64,000 bases of DNA from positions 32,001-96,000 of the IMG/VR virus record IMGVR_UViG_3300042503_000838, one strand, 5' to 3'. Source of the stretch: a virus. A model generated the notes under the pieces. That model was not told the DNA's origin. It saw nothing but the letters and a program-made list of their open reading frames with translations, and made no database searches. Positions 45,482-54,723 of the stretch are shown in pieces; the stretch's first letter is position 1; every line of letters starts with the position of its first letter. The translations under genes were made by a program, and so were the position numbers.

Positions 45482-46485
45482 CCAAAGCTGATGGACGGAG
45501 CGGAGAGAGTTGCGTTTGCATACGGATTATTTGCAATCATGGTACGCAGGGTGGCACCCGCTTCTGCTTGTGCACCACCAGCTAACTTGAACATGCCTGC
45601 TTGACGACCAAGGTTTTGGTAGATTGCACCTTGACTTGCTTGAAGCTGCTGAGCAGCAATTAAGTTCTGGCGACGTTCGTGATCAGCGATGGGCAGAAGA
45701 CCCTTTTGTAATTCAATTTGCTTGTTAAGAGCGTAATCCGTAATCTCTTTCGTTTTGGCGATATCGTAATTACCCATCGTCTGTGCTTCTTTCAGACGGT
45801 TGGCAAGATCGCGTTCAAATTGGTTTTGCTCAAGACCAGCCTGGTTCAAGGCAATACTTGTACCAGGGACGTACATCGGCGTGCCGCCTACAGGAGCATT
45901 AGCACCTGCTTCTACTTTGCCCGTTGCTGCTTTAACTGCACCTGCTGTTGCTTGTTGAGCTGCACCACCAACCAGGCCAGGAATTAAGAAGCGAGCAGCG
46001 AGACCAGCTGCTTTTGCTGCGGGAGGGCCAGCCATCAAACCTTTTGTTAACGCAGTGGTTGCTGCGTTTGCACCCATGCCTGCAAGCACGCCAACAGGAG
46101 CACTGACCGCAGCGCCAAGGGGATCACCGGAAAGCAGCGTACCTACTGCACCAAGAGCCGCGCCCGATTTACCACCGGCTGCGCCACGATAAGCACCTGC
46201 CTGGTTCTTGAACATACCACCAGGCTTCAACAGTTCTTCCCTCGCAGACTGCGCAGTTTGGCCAGCCCTGCCTAAAAGATCTTTTCCTTTTTCCTTAAGG
46301 CTTGCCATATGAGCCTGAAAGGCATCAGGTTCAGCAGTTTGGGGTGTAAATTGCGGAGCTTGTTGAGCTTGCGTTTGCGCAAATTTTAAAACACGTTGAC
46401 CAGTAGCAGGGTCTACCGTGTAGTCAATTGGAACACGTTTTCCTGTAGCTGGATCTACCGTGTACCCCAATGCTTCAGTGGCCAT
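45478..46485 (-). CDS. Putative ejection / DNA-transfer protein with Gly/Ala hydrophobic core
   Basis: Duplicated YTVDPATG N-terminus; GxxxG-rich segment; coiled coil. Confidence 0.6.
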   Translation of the reverse strand: MATEALGYTVDPATGKRVPIDYTVDPATGQRVLKFAQTQAQQAPQFTPQTAEPDAFQAHMASLKEKGKDLLGRAGQTAQSAREELLKPGGMFKNQAGAYRGAAGGKSGAALGAVGTLLSGDPLGAAVSAPVGVLAGMGANAATTALTKGLMAGPPAAKAAGLAARFLIPGLVGGAAQQATAGAVKAATGKVEAGANAPVGGTPMYVPGTSIALNQAGLEQNQFERDLANRLKEAQTMGNYDIAKTKEITDYALNKQIELQKGLLPIADHERRQNLIAAQQLQASQGAIYQNLGRQAGMFKLAGGAQAEAGATLRTMIANNPYANATLSAPSISFG

Positions 46486-46528
46486 TACTATATTTACCTT
46501 TATTTTTAAATTCTATCAGTACCTTAGT

Positions 46529-47515
46529 TTAAGACATTGGCAGCTGTGTATCTAACTGTTTTGCTGCTAATGCCTGGTTTGTTAACACGCCAAGGATGGC
46601 TCCACCTGACGCACCTGCCAAGCCACCGATAACACCACGGCGACCTTGCTGTTTAGGTTGGATTGCAGTGTCAATATCAGTGGCTTTGGCTCCAGGGATT
46701 AGGTTCAGTTGTTGCGCCTGTGGGGGCCGTGGTGCAGTAGCTAAACCAATACGTGCCCCAGCGATGCCACCAGCCAACGTTGTTACCGTTGGAATGCTTA
46801 CGGGATAACCAAAGACACGTGCCTCGGGAACACCCTCTAAGTTCTCACTTGTCGCCTTGACGGATCCAAGGAGGGCTGGTTCGTTATACAAGAAATTCAG
46901 GTAGTTTGCATAACGCCCCTTGGTAAGGCTTGGGATTTCTTCTTTTGCTTTTTCGTATGCAAGGGGACGACCCTGCCGGCCCTGCATGAAACGCTCAAAA
47001 ACTTCTGTGGCTGGATCTAACGATTGCGTTGGATCCTCTGGATCTGGCCGATTTTGCTTGTAGCCTTTTGGCCGCCCCAGCTCTGCAATATTGGTGGGGT
47101 CGTATGCACCGCTCAAAGCAAAAGCAGGAGTTACAACGGAACCAATAATGGCTGCTGATGTGTAACGCGGCAATTCACGTTTGGGATCAATTATTTTGGC
47201 GGCTGCTTTATCAGCCATTGCAATGGGATGGTTTACAGCCCACCATAGGTTTCTTGTTTCCTGGTTGATGATATCTCCTGCTACACGTGCAGTGTATGCA
47301 CCAAGAAAAGCACCGGGTGTTTCCCTAGCTGAAATACCAGTCTCTTTGAGGCTCTGCTTGAATTGTTTATCTCTTAACGTGCTAGGAGCGTACTTACCGC
47401 CTTCCATGGCCGTTTGACGCATGACCTCGAGGCCAACATCTAAACCACCCTTGAAACCCTTAACGTTCAGGGAAGGGCCGCCTTTTTGTCCGATGTAAGA
47501 AGGAAGGGTAGCCAT
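46529..47515 (-). CDS. Hypothetical protein with GxxxG-rich segments
   Basis: ORF track. Confidence 0.65.
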   Translation of the reverse strand: MATLPSYIGQKGGPSLNVKGFKGGLDVGLEVMRQTAMEGGKYAPSTLRDKQFKQSLKETGISARETPGAFLGAYTARVAGDIINQETRNLWWAVNHPIAMADKAAAKIIDPKRELPRYTSAAIIGSVVTPAFALSGAYDPTNIAELGRPKGYKQNRPDPEDPTQSLDPATEVFERFMQGRQGRPLAYEKAKEEIPSLTKGRYANYLNFLYNEPALLGSVKATSENLEGVPEARVFGYPVSIPTVTTLAGGIAGARIGLATAPRPPQAQQLNLIPGAKATDIDTAIQPKQQGRRGVIGGLAGASGGAILGVLTNQALAAKQLDTQLPMS

Positions 47516-48075
47516 TAGCCTGCGCTCTGTAACATTGCAAGAGTTTCAGGGGGAAGCGTTACGCCTGGGTAATGGAACGTATGCTCTAAACCTTGCATTT
47601 GGAATTGGGTGCCAGGAGATAAAGCCTGTTGTTGGAGGCGGTTAATATCCTGGCGTTGGGTAGCCTGCTGATAAATTTGCTGTTCTTGAGATATGTTTGT
47701 CGGTTCCACGGGATTTTGATTGTTGTACAGCGCACCTCCGGTGGCTACATCAACGAGTGGCATCGATGCCAAGGATGCGCCAAGGTTCAAGGCTGACTCT
47801 GGCCCAGAAGGCATGTAGGGCAGTTCCTTGGTGATTGTCTTACCCCCCTTGGTGACGATAGTTGCAGTGCCCGCTGGAGTACCAGGGAACATCTTCCGTG
47901 CTGCACCAACAACCGGATAGTTAAGCAGGAAATCCCCTGCGGCGTATGCAAGACCGGCCACAGGACCTTGCGTCAGTGTGCCGACACCAAAGTTAAGTGC
48001 CGCCCCAGGGAGAGCTGCCTTAGCCGCCTGGCGAGACGTTTGACTTGTTATTAGTTTACCTAATGCACCTAACAT
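47515..48075 (-). CDS. Hypothetical protein with hydrophobic Gly/Ala segments
   Basis: ORF track. Confidence 0.65.
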   Translation of the reverse strand: MLGALGKLITSQTSRQAAKAALPGAALNFGVGTLTQGPVAGLAYAAGDFLLNYPVVGAARKMFPGTPAGTATIVTKGGKTITKELPYMPSGPESALNLGASLASMPLVDVATGGALYNNQNPVEPTNISQEQQIYQQATQRQDINRLQQQALSPGTQFQMQGLEHTFHYPGVTLPPETLAMLQSAG

Positions 48076-48094
48076 TGCTCTTGCGCCTATTGTT

Positions 48095-48769
48095 CTATGT
48101 TACTCGTGGTTTTCCTTCTGTTTTACCAGGGGAAGCATTTGTTTCAACACTATTTTCATTTGCTGTAGTTTCTCCTTCCTCTTCTTCTTTCTTTACGGGC
48201 ATTGACTTGACTACACCTTTGCGATCCAGGAGCTGTGCAATGGACGGCTTGTCTTCCACTTCATTTTCCGCACGCTTTTCAGCCATGGCCATGATGTAGC
48301 CATTGGGATCCGGATTCCTCATGCGAGGCATGGGATTCTTAGCGATCTTACCAGGATTCAGTGTGGGGCTGAGCTTGTATGCTTCGATCCACTCTGGCTT
48401 GAAGTCGGGTTGATCTTGTGGACGTTGAGAGGTACGCGCCCTCCCTTCTTCAAAGTCGTAATCATTGGGACGGTTGAAACGACCAAGTCCTTCAAATAAT
48501 TCGTACTCAGGTGTTACCTCTTCATTTGCATCGAAGAACGGCGCATTGCCTACGAAGTTCAGTGATGGGTTAAGGGTTTGTTTGCGGGTCATCCCGCGCT
48601 TGAGCAAGTCAGCAGACTCAAATCTCGATGGGTTCCAGGGATAGTCACCTGTCTCCGGTTTAGAGCGGAACAGCTCATCAAAATCAAGACGCTTTGTGAT
48701 CTGCCCCTGTCTGTTGAAAGGGTTTTGGATGTACCGTCCAAGGTCAAGGCGAGGATCTTGCGCCATCAA
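48095..48769 (-). CDS. Hypothetical protein
   Basis: ORF track. Confidence 0.65.
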   Translation of the reverse strand: MMAQDPRLDLGRYIQNPFNRQGQITKRLDFDELFRSKPETGDYPWNPSRFESADLLKRGMTRKQTLNPSLNFVGNAPFFDANEEVTPEYELFEGLGRFNRPNDYDFEEGRARTSQRPQDQPDFKPEWIEAYKLSPTLNPGKIAKNPMPRMRNPDPNGYIMAMAEKRAENEVEDKPSIAQLLDRKGVVKSMPVKKEEEEGETTANENSVETNASPGKTEGKPRVT

Positions 48770-48993
48770 TCGTTAGCTGCTTTTGTTTTCTTTTTGTTAT
48801 GTAAGCCTACAAGGGTCTTGCGTAAGTTTGCTTGCTTCACTGTTTTCTCGTCGTACTTATCAGGGTTGGAAAGTACGTTCTCTTGTAGCTGGGCGGAGGA
48901 GATGCCCTTCTTCTTTGCCTTAGCTGTAAAGGCGCCTTCCTTGATGTCGGCACCTTGGATCCACTTTTTATCTTTCTTTTTTTCTTTAGTCAT
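48766..48993 (-). CDS. Small basic protein (KKWIQGADIKEGAFT)
   Basis: Recurring KKWIQ phage peptide pattern. Confidence 0.65.
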   Translation of the reverse strand: MTKEKKKDKKWIQGADIKEGAFTAKAKKKGISSAQLQENVLSNPDKYDEKTVKQANLRKTLVGLHNKKKTKAAND

Positions 48994-48995
48994 GA

Positions 48996-51923
48996 TTAGT
49001 TTTTACGGCTTCCACGGCGGCGTCCTGCTTGAGCTTGTAATTGTTGCATTACTGCTCCAAGATTAGATACCTCTGGTTCGTAGTATTCTACCGTTTCTAC
49101 ATTGACCGGAGACGTGGCAGAGGGTAAGTTTACCTCTAGCTGCTCCGGAGAATATTGGTAGTTACCAGATAGAACACGATTTACGGGACCCATTGCAGGG
49201 GCGGCTGGACCAGTGTAAGGATTTTGCGTACGCGCAAAAGAACCGATGTTCATAGTAGAAACACGCTCGGTGCCTACCTTTTGTCCTGTCAACGGATTGC
49301 GAACAGGAACGGCACGCATACCTACACCAGATTGGGGTGTAGACATTTGAGAACGTAAGGCAGACATCTGAGCACCCGTAGGGGTGCTACTCATACCAAG
49401 CATTGCCTCTGGTGCAACACCACTGCGCATGCCTTCTTGCATAACTTTACGCTGAGAGGCAGTATCAATGCGAGGCGCGTAGTATGCAACGTTTTCACCG
49501 TCATAGTCATCGCTAATGGTCATGGGGTCGATGCCGCCTTCGCCACGAACTTGGTAACGTCCGGGGATAGGGCCAGAGGTGCCTTCGGTTTCGTAAATGG
49601 GATAACCCCCTTTATTGAAACCTTTAACAACTTTTTTACCTTCGGGTGACAACTTGATGGGTTCGCCGTAAATGGGAGTGTCTTTCTCTGTTTTAAGCAA
49701 GCCCATTACAAAAGCATTGGCCTCTGTCGGGTAATAAGTATTACCAGTGGTTTGGCTGACTTGCGGCTTGAGAAGGGGAAGATCAATCCCTTCTTGATTC
49801 ATTAGATAATCATCAACAGATTTAATGATGAAGCCTTGGTAGTCATAAGATTCACCAATATCGGCCAAGGTTTTACCTTGCGCCAGACCAATTTTTAATG
49901 CATCGGGATTTTTTTCGCGTAAGTAAGCGGCCTTGGCGCTTGGGTTATTGAAATAATCTGATTGTGCTTGTGCTGCAACATTTTGAATCGTGGCACGATC
50001 CAAAGATACAGGCTCTGGTTGTGAACTTTTGAGTGTAGTCCAACCAACTTGTTGATCATTTTGTGCCAGGGGGGTACGCCTGATGCCGATTAATGGCGCC
50101 TCTCCGGTGATAATGCGTGCTGTCGTTGGTTTATAAGGACGACGGATGTTAGTTCCACGGATGGTCTCACCATATATCACGGATGGCGACCAATTGGCAA
50201 CGGGTTGAGTTGTAATTTTGTCAGGTACAACATCTACGGCAGTTTCAAAACCACCAATCAATTTATTAGTGCCGACATTAATATCAGCCGTTTCGATCCC
50301 CATTCCACCTTTGTAGCCAACATCTTGCATGCGTAAAAGTTGGCCAAAAGATTTGGTGGGGTCTGGAGAAGCAACGTTGAGGCCTGTGGTCTGAATGCCT
50401 TCTGCAGTGCGGCGCAGGGGTAACACAACGTCAGCCGAACGTAACTGACGCTCGGATCCAGGGGCAGCCCCCGTTGCTTGTTGGATTACACCTGGAATCT
50501 GCGTTGTTCCTTTATTGGTGCGTTCACGGAAGGATTCAGTTTCAATCAATAGATTCCCAACGCCTTCTGTATCGCCATAATCAGTGCCCATCTCGCGATT
50601 GGCAGTCATTACCTCGGTTGGGTCGATATCGTAATCGTCGATTTCTTGATAGTAATTACCTGTGTTGGGGTCATAAGTAAAACCAGCTTGTTCAAGTTTT
50701 TCTTTTTGACCTAGTTGTTTGAGATCAGCCGTTTCTGCATAAGTCAGCCCTCTTCCACCAACACCAGCGGTTTGTAGTTCTTCCATGGGGGCTTCCGTCA
50801 TAGAAGCGCGTGCGCCACCGGCAATCTCCATCGTCGGGTTACTGCTGACAGCGCCGCCACGAATCTTAGGTGTAGTCCCAAGAAACTCACGAATCTGCTC
50901 GCGGGGTACAGCAGGATTCAAGATCTGATCACGGATCTCCCGTGGATAAGATGCAGCTGCCATCGTACGCTCAAGAACTTCTTGAGGAGTAAAACGACCA
51001 CGAGGCGTAGCAGAATCAGAGACCGTGCTCAGATCTAAAGCACGGCCTGCACTTAAACCTGCTTTAGTTGAAACAGTGCCAATTTTGGCGCCACGCATTG
51101 CACGGGCTTGTTGTGGGGACAGTTCCAGCTCACCGGTTAAGTCTGAAACACTACGTCCGCCTCTTTCATAACGAGCACCGTAGTACTGCTGGGCTTGACG
51201 GCCCATCTCCTCAAGCTGTTCTTCCAGTTCCCATACGTTACCCGTGACTGCTGCACGTGTTGTTTCTTGAGGAAAGTTTTTAACCTGTTTGACAACAGCA
51301 TCGATTCTTTCAACGCGATCTGCATCGCGACTAAAACTAGCAAAGTCATTAGCGTTAACGTCACGTTGCTCTGGAATAACAACGCCTCTATTAACAACTT
51401 GATCCAGGCCTGGGTCTGTTGCTTCAACCTGCTGCTTAACAACCGAAGGGCGCTGCTCAACTTGCACAGAAGTTAAGTCTTCGGCTGGTAATACAGCACC
51501 TTTGCTTTCCAGGAAGGAACGGGGCGTGAACTGGGGGGCAGCAGGTGCTTGCGTTGGTGTTTGAGGTGCAGGCGGCTTGGAGGGTGCAGGCACATCTTCG
51601 GAACGCCCTAAATCACGCACCAAACGCTGCGCAGGGCCTCCATATTCTTTAGGTGAGGGGGCTACAGCTGTTTTTGCGGGCGCTTTCCGTAAAGCACGGG
51701 TAAGTCCGTACGCACCACCGGCGAGACCGGCTGCGGCGGCACCAATACCTAGCAAATTGGTGAGGTTAAACCCACCTTCTTGCTCCTGTTGGGGAGCTTT
51801 GAGCTGATTACGGCGGAATTCAAGTACTTCAGGGGCCATTTCGGCCCGTTCCCTGGGATCTTCTGGGACTGGGGCTCCAGTGGCACGGCTGTATGCGTAA
51901 AAATCAGCTGGGGAAAGTGCCAT
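48996..51923 (-). CDS. Large (975 aa) low-complexity hypothetical protein, possible internal virion protein
   Basis: ORF track; MALSPADFYAYSRATG N-terminus; TAGAAT 35 nt upstream. Confidence 0.7.
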   Translation of the reverse strand: MALSPADFYAYSRATGAPVPEDPRERAEMAPEVLEFRRNQLKAPQQEQEGGFNLTNLLGIGAAAAGLAGGAYGLTRALRKAPAKTAVAPSPKEYGGPAQRLVRDLGRSEDVPAPSKPPAPQTPTQAPAAPQFTPRSFLESKGAVLPAEDLTSVQVEQRPSVVKQQVEATDPGLDQVVNRGVVIPEQRDVNANDFASFSRDADRVERIDAVVKQVKNFPQETTRAAVTGNVWELEEQLEEMGRQAQQYYGARYERGGRSVSDLTGELELSPQQARAMRGAKIGTVSTKAGLSAGRALDLSTVSDSATPRGRFTPQEVLERTMAAASYPREIRDQILNPAVPREQIREFLGTTPKIRGGAVSSNPTMEIAGGARASMTEAPMEELQTAGVGGRGLTYAETADLKQLGQKEKLEQAGFTYDPNTGNYYQEIDDYDIDPTEVMTANREMGTDYGDTEGVGNLLIETESFRERTNKGTTQIPGVIQQATGAAPGSERQLRSADVVLPLRRTAEGIQTTGLNVASPDPTKSFGQLLRMQDVGYKGGMGIETADINVGTNKLIGGFETAVDVVPDKITTQPVANWSPSVIYGETIRGTNIRRPYKPTTARIITGEAPLIGIRRTPLAQNDQQVGWTTLKSSQPEPVSLDRATIQNVAAQAQSDYFNNPSAKAAYLREKNPDALKIGLAQGKTLADIGESYDYQGFIIKSVDDYLMNQEGIDLPLLKPQVSQTTGNTYYPTEANAFVMGLLKTEKDTPIYGEPIKLSPEGKKVVKGFNKGGYPIYETEGTSGPIPGRYQVRGEGGIDPMTISDDYDGENVAYYAPRIDTASQRKVMQEGMRSGVAPEAMLGMSSTPTGAQMSALRSQMSTPQSGVGMRAVPVRNPLTGQKVGTERVSTMNIGSFARTQNPYTGPAAPAMGPVNRVLSGNYQYSPEQLEVNLPSATSPVNVETVEYYEPEVSNLGAVMQQLQAQAGRRRGSRKN

Positions 51924-52026
51924 GAGCTGTTATTACTTGTGTCTTTTATCTTTTGTCATTCTATTGTTTACAAATCTCGGACGTAGTGACGCTATATTTA
52001 AAGAATAACTTTAATTCGCACCAGGG

Positions 52027-52239
52027 ATGGACGCTGGTAAACGGCAAAAACGAGTTGAAGGTCTCGAAGCCATCAAAGATAAGGCCTTGTCACTTGCACG
52101 TGAAGGCCGCGACTCTTTCGAGGTACGTGATTTTGTAACCGAAGCCAAAAAAGAGCTTGCATATGAGCTTCCCGACGAGAAAGCCTTCACAAAAGCGATG
52201 AACGCAACGCTGGCATATAAGCGGCAAAAAGGGAATTAG
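52027..52239 (+). CDS. Hypothetical protein
   Basis: ORF track; divergent from the late block; followed by a terminator. Confidence 0.65.
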   Translation: MDAGKRQKRVEGLEAIKDKALSLAREGRDSFEVRDFVTEAKKELAYELPDEKAFTKAMNATLAYKRQKGN

Positions 52240-52263
52240 AAATTTTTTAAAACTTTGAAATCA

Positions 52264-52290
52264 CCGGGGCTAAACACCCCGGCTTTTTTG
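52264..52290 (+). terminator. Intrinsic terminator
   Basis: CCGGGG-CTAAACA-CCCCGG-CTTTTTT. Confidence 0.8.
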
Positions 52291-52513
52291 TGTAAAAATT
52301 TGGGGTAGACGGGTATTTTACGTACACAAATCAAAGTTTACTTCAAAGTAAGGCCCCTATATAGGTCAAAATAGGAAACAAAATTTCCTGACGCTTCTCA
52401 CAACACCCAACCTAAGTGAAATGTGGGAAGAAAAAAAAGAATGGCGGGTAGGTAGATAAGTATATCGGGGGCTGCGCATCCGTACCACGCAGGATACCAC
52501 CGCATTCAATTCA

Positions 52514-52816
52514 ATGGCTAGTGTTATTGCAACAATCAGCGAGCAAGAGCTTGATTATCGCATCGAGCAAGCAGCATTTGCGCTATTTGAAGGTAAGCGA
52601 GTCAAGCTAAGAGCAGGTTTATTCCGCGCGAGTGGAATTACACCGAAGCAACTAATGGATCAATTACTCCAGACCTTGTATTGCCAAGAGCTAGAGATGA
52701 TCCAGAGTGAGTATGGCGTCGCGTGTGAGTATATCGAGCCACGACAGTGGCGAGTAATGATTACACGAAAGCCTGAAGATTATAGCTTCGTTGTACAAGC
52801 AACCTGCATTGGTTGA
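52514..52816 (+). CDS. First early-region hypothetical protein
   Basis: ORF track. Confidence 0.6.
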   Translation: MASVIATISEQELDYRIEQAAFALFEGKRVKLRAGLFRASGITPKQLMDQLLQTLYCQELEMIQSEYGVACEYIEPRQWRVMITRKPEDYSFVVQATCIG

Positions 52817-52828
52817 CGGTTACATCTT

Positions 52829-52850
52829 CCCCTGGGCAACCAGGGGTTTA
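52829..52850 (+). terminator. GNRA-capped hairpin / terminator
   Basis: CCCCTGG-GCAA-CCAGGGG-TTTA. Confidence 0.65.
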
Positions 52851-53006
52851 TATAGCCCTCAATGTGTGTAAATCAACACAATTCCGTACTATTTCATCGC
52901 GCATATGGGGCGCCGGCATCTTAGCACACCTGTGTTCATATAGAACAGTTGGCTAATGTCCACCGGATATTATGTGCATATCCCGACGTGAAAGGTCGGG
53001 ATTAAA

Positions 53007-53032
53007 ACGTCAAGCTGGACGTTAAACGTAGC
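53007..53032 (+). ncRNA. Pseudoknot motif copy 1 (weaker; preceded by hairpin TCCCGAC/GTCGGGA at 52981-53001)
   Basis: ACGTC-AAGCTG-GACGT-TAAAC-GTAGC; loop GCTG pairs with TAGC. Confidence 0.45.
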
Positions 53033-53057
53033 ATTGACTCTTTACTAACTCAACAAC

Positions 53058-53246
53058 ATGACCTCATTCAAGAACTGGGCCACATCCGTCTGTGTTGCAG
53101 CAATCATCATCGGCATCGGCACGCAAGTAATGATGCACCAACTAGATCAAGCAACTGCACAGCAATGTGCTAATCACGACTGGCCCAAGCAAGCACACGA
53201 CATCCACATGGATTGGTGTGCGGCTAACAATTATTCAACCAACTGA
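53058..53246 (+). CDS. Small membrane-anchored early protein
   Basis: ORF track; TM helix; QQCA.HDWP...H..WC motif. Confidence 0.7.
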   Translation: MTSFKNWATSVCVAAIIIGIGTQVMMHQLDQATAQQCANHDWPKQAHDIHMDWCAANNYSTN

Positions 53247-53294
53247 GTACCAGGTGTGATGCCAGGGGATCGAATCCCCTACTCAGTATTGCCA
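53242..53294 (+). ncRNA. tRNA-like mini-element (7-bp acceptor stem plus T-arm, no anticodon arm)
   Basis: ACTGAGT-[15 nt]-AGGGG-ATCGAAT-CCCCT-ACTCAGT-ATTGCCA. Confidence 0.55.
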
Positions 53295-53325
53295 TCCACT
53301 GAAGGTGGCTATAACTCAACTCAAC

Positions 53326-53535
53326 ATGACTGCACTCAACCTACGTAAGAACACTGCTCAGTTCCTATTGAGCACTGCTCAGTCTCTATTGAGCACAGCA
53401 TCTTTTATTGAGCAAGCCAAGGTTCCCAACAAGGAAGATATTGGCGAAAAGCTGAACGAGTATAGAACTCGGGCTGCGGCACTTATGATGCCGAACGACA
53501 TGGCATTCGTTATCACACCTAAGACTGAAGCCTGA
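53326..53535 (+). CDS. Hypothetical early protein (start MTALNLRK)
   Basis: ORF track 53305..53535; ATG with C/A-rich leader at 53326. Confidence 0.65.
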   Translation: MTALNLRKNTAQFLLSTAQSLLSTASFIEQAKVPNKEDIGEKLNEYRTRAAALMMPNDMAFVITPKTEA

Positions 53536-53593
53536 CTCCTGCACTAAGGGCCTATGGGCCTTTTCTGCAGGACTCAACATCCTGTCATCAAAC
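53532..53593 (+). repeat. Intergenic structured repeat A, copy 1
   Basis: CTGACTCCTGCACTAAGGGCCTATGGGCCTTTTCTGCAGGACTCAACATCCTGTCATCAAAC; similar to 54031-54091. Confidence 0.9.
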
Positions 53594-53610
53594 CTACCGA
53601 GCTCAACTCA

Positions 53611-53832
53611 ATGCTCTGCTACTATCCACACGAAGGTGCCACCGAACGCATCACTTGGCATGGTGGGGAATCAACCATGCTTCACTACCAGGTGCAAGTA
53701 GATGACTACAAGGGAGATCCTGATTGGATCGAGCGTGAATCTCAGACATTCATGGGAGGAATGCCTTGTGGCACCAAGGAACTACTAGCTGCAATGTCTG
53801 ATTACTACCAAAGCATCGTTCAACCTTACTGA
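53611..53832 (+). CDS. Hypothetical early protein (start MLCYYPHEG)
   Basis: The ORF-track start at 53554 lies inside repeat A; ATG at 53611 has the typical leader. Confidence 0.6.
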   Translation: MLCYYPHEGATERITWHGGESTMLHYQVQVDDYKGDPDWIERESQTFMGGMPCGTKELLAAMSDYYQSIVQPY

Positions 53833-53833
53833 C

Positions 53834-54034
53834 ATGAACAACAACTACTTCACAAACGCTGTGCTTGCCCTCGTTATGGGCGCAGGAGCAGGCATGCTGC
53901 TATCTGCTGGAGCACAGCAACTACTCAACAAGCACTACGTCAAGACATGCCCAGCAAAGCCAGGGCATCAACTCATATACATGCGTAGCTTTCTAGGCGA
54001 TGCATACTATTGCTTAGATAAGCGCACACTCTGA
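53834..54034 (+). CDS. Small membrane-anchored early protein with C-x-C motifs
   Basis: ORF track; TM helix. Confidence 0.65.
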   Translation: MNNNYFTNAVLALVMGAGAGMLLSAGAQQLLNKHYVKTCPAKPGHQLIYMRSFLGDAYYCLDKRTL

Positions 54035-54091
54035 CTCTTGCACTAAGGGGCTTCGGCCCTTTACTGCAGGACTCAATATCCTGCATCAAAC
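54031..54091 (+). repeat. Intergenic structured repeat A, copy 2
   Basis: CTGACTCTTGCACTAAGGGGCTTCGGCCCTTTACTGCAGGACTCAATATCCTGCATCAAAC; C-UUCG-G tetraloop. Confidence 0.9.
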
Positions 54092-54108
54092 TTGTAGCTC
54101 AACACCAC

Positions 54109-54306
54109 ATGAAACACACAGTTCGTTTGGAACCAGGGCGATTTATCCACCTTGATTCTTACTATGCGTCTCATGAGACACGCCTTAGTAAGATCTGCGT
54201 GGTAGCCCTGACACTAACCATTGCCGCACTCACTGCAGGTGCAGTGATCGGCATGGATATCACAAACCCAACTCCTACTCAACACCATGACAACACTCAG
54301 CGCTAA
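54109..54306 (+). CDS. Small membrane protein
   Basis: ORF track; TM helix. Confidence 0.6.
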   Translation: MKHTVRLEPGRFIHLDSYYASHETRLSKICVVALTLTIAALTAGAVIGMDITNPTPTQHHDNTQR

Positions 54307-54625
54307 CATCAAACTTATCGAAGATCGCATCCAGGAACTCTGTGATGCACTACAAGATCACTTTTACAAACAGTACCAACGTGTCTGCACATATGAAATT
54401 GTGCGAGGCGTTAAGTACTACAAGATCATCCACGTCTGCAACCCTGGCTGTGAACGTGAAGGCAGGTCAGTCCATGCATTTGTCGCAAGGCAAACAGGGA
54501 CTGTATACAAGCCTGCCTCATGGAAAGCACCAGCGAAACATGCCAGGTACCAGCTACTAGATGACGGATCATTTGCTAGGTGCCTAGAAAAAGCAGACTG
54601 GGCTGGAGCGTACCTCTACCTGTAG
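54287..54625 (+). CDS. Conserved cyanophage hypothetical (KYYKII...SVHAFV...G.VYKPASWKAPAKHARY)
   Basis: Recognisable recurring phage motif. Confidence 0.75.
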   Translation: MTTLSANIKLIEDRIQELCDALQDHFYKQYQRVCTYEIVRGVKYYKIIHVCNPGCEREGRSVHAFVARQTGTVYKPASWKAPAKHARYQLLDDGSFARCLEKADWAGAYLYL

Positions 54626-54672
54626 TCACACCACAGGTAGCGTACCACCCTCGCATCACACTACATGCGTTG

Positions 54673-54701
54673 TTGCATAGCTAGCAACCAGCATGTAACC
54701 T
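54673..54701 (+). promoter_or_regulatory. Sigma70-type early promoter inside nested inverted repeats
   Basis: TTGCAT-N17-TAACCT with TG extension; TACATGC/GCATGTA and GTTGC/GCAAC repeats. Confidence 0.65.
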
Positions 54702-54723
54702 AACTCAGCACCAACCCAACTCC

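Noticed and set aside
53305-53610. ORF-track starts at 53305 and 53554 (also 60670 and 61096)
   Set aside because: They lie inside structured RNA elements or the tRNA; downstream ATGs with C/A-rich leaders are more plausible.
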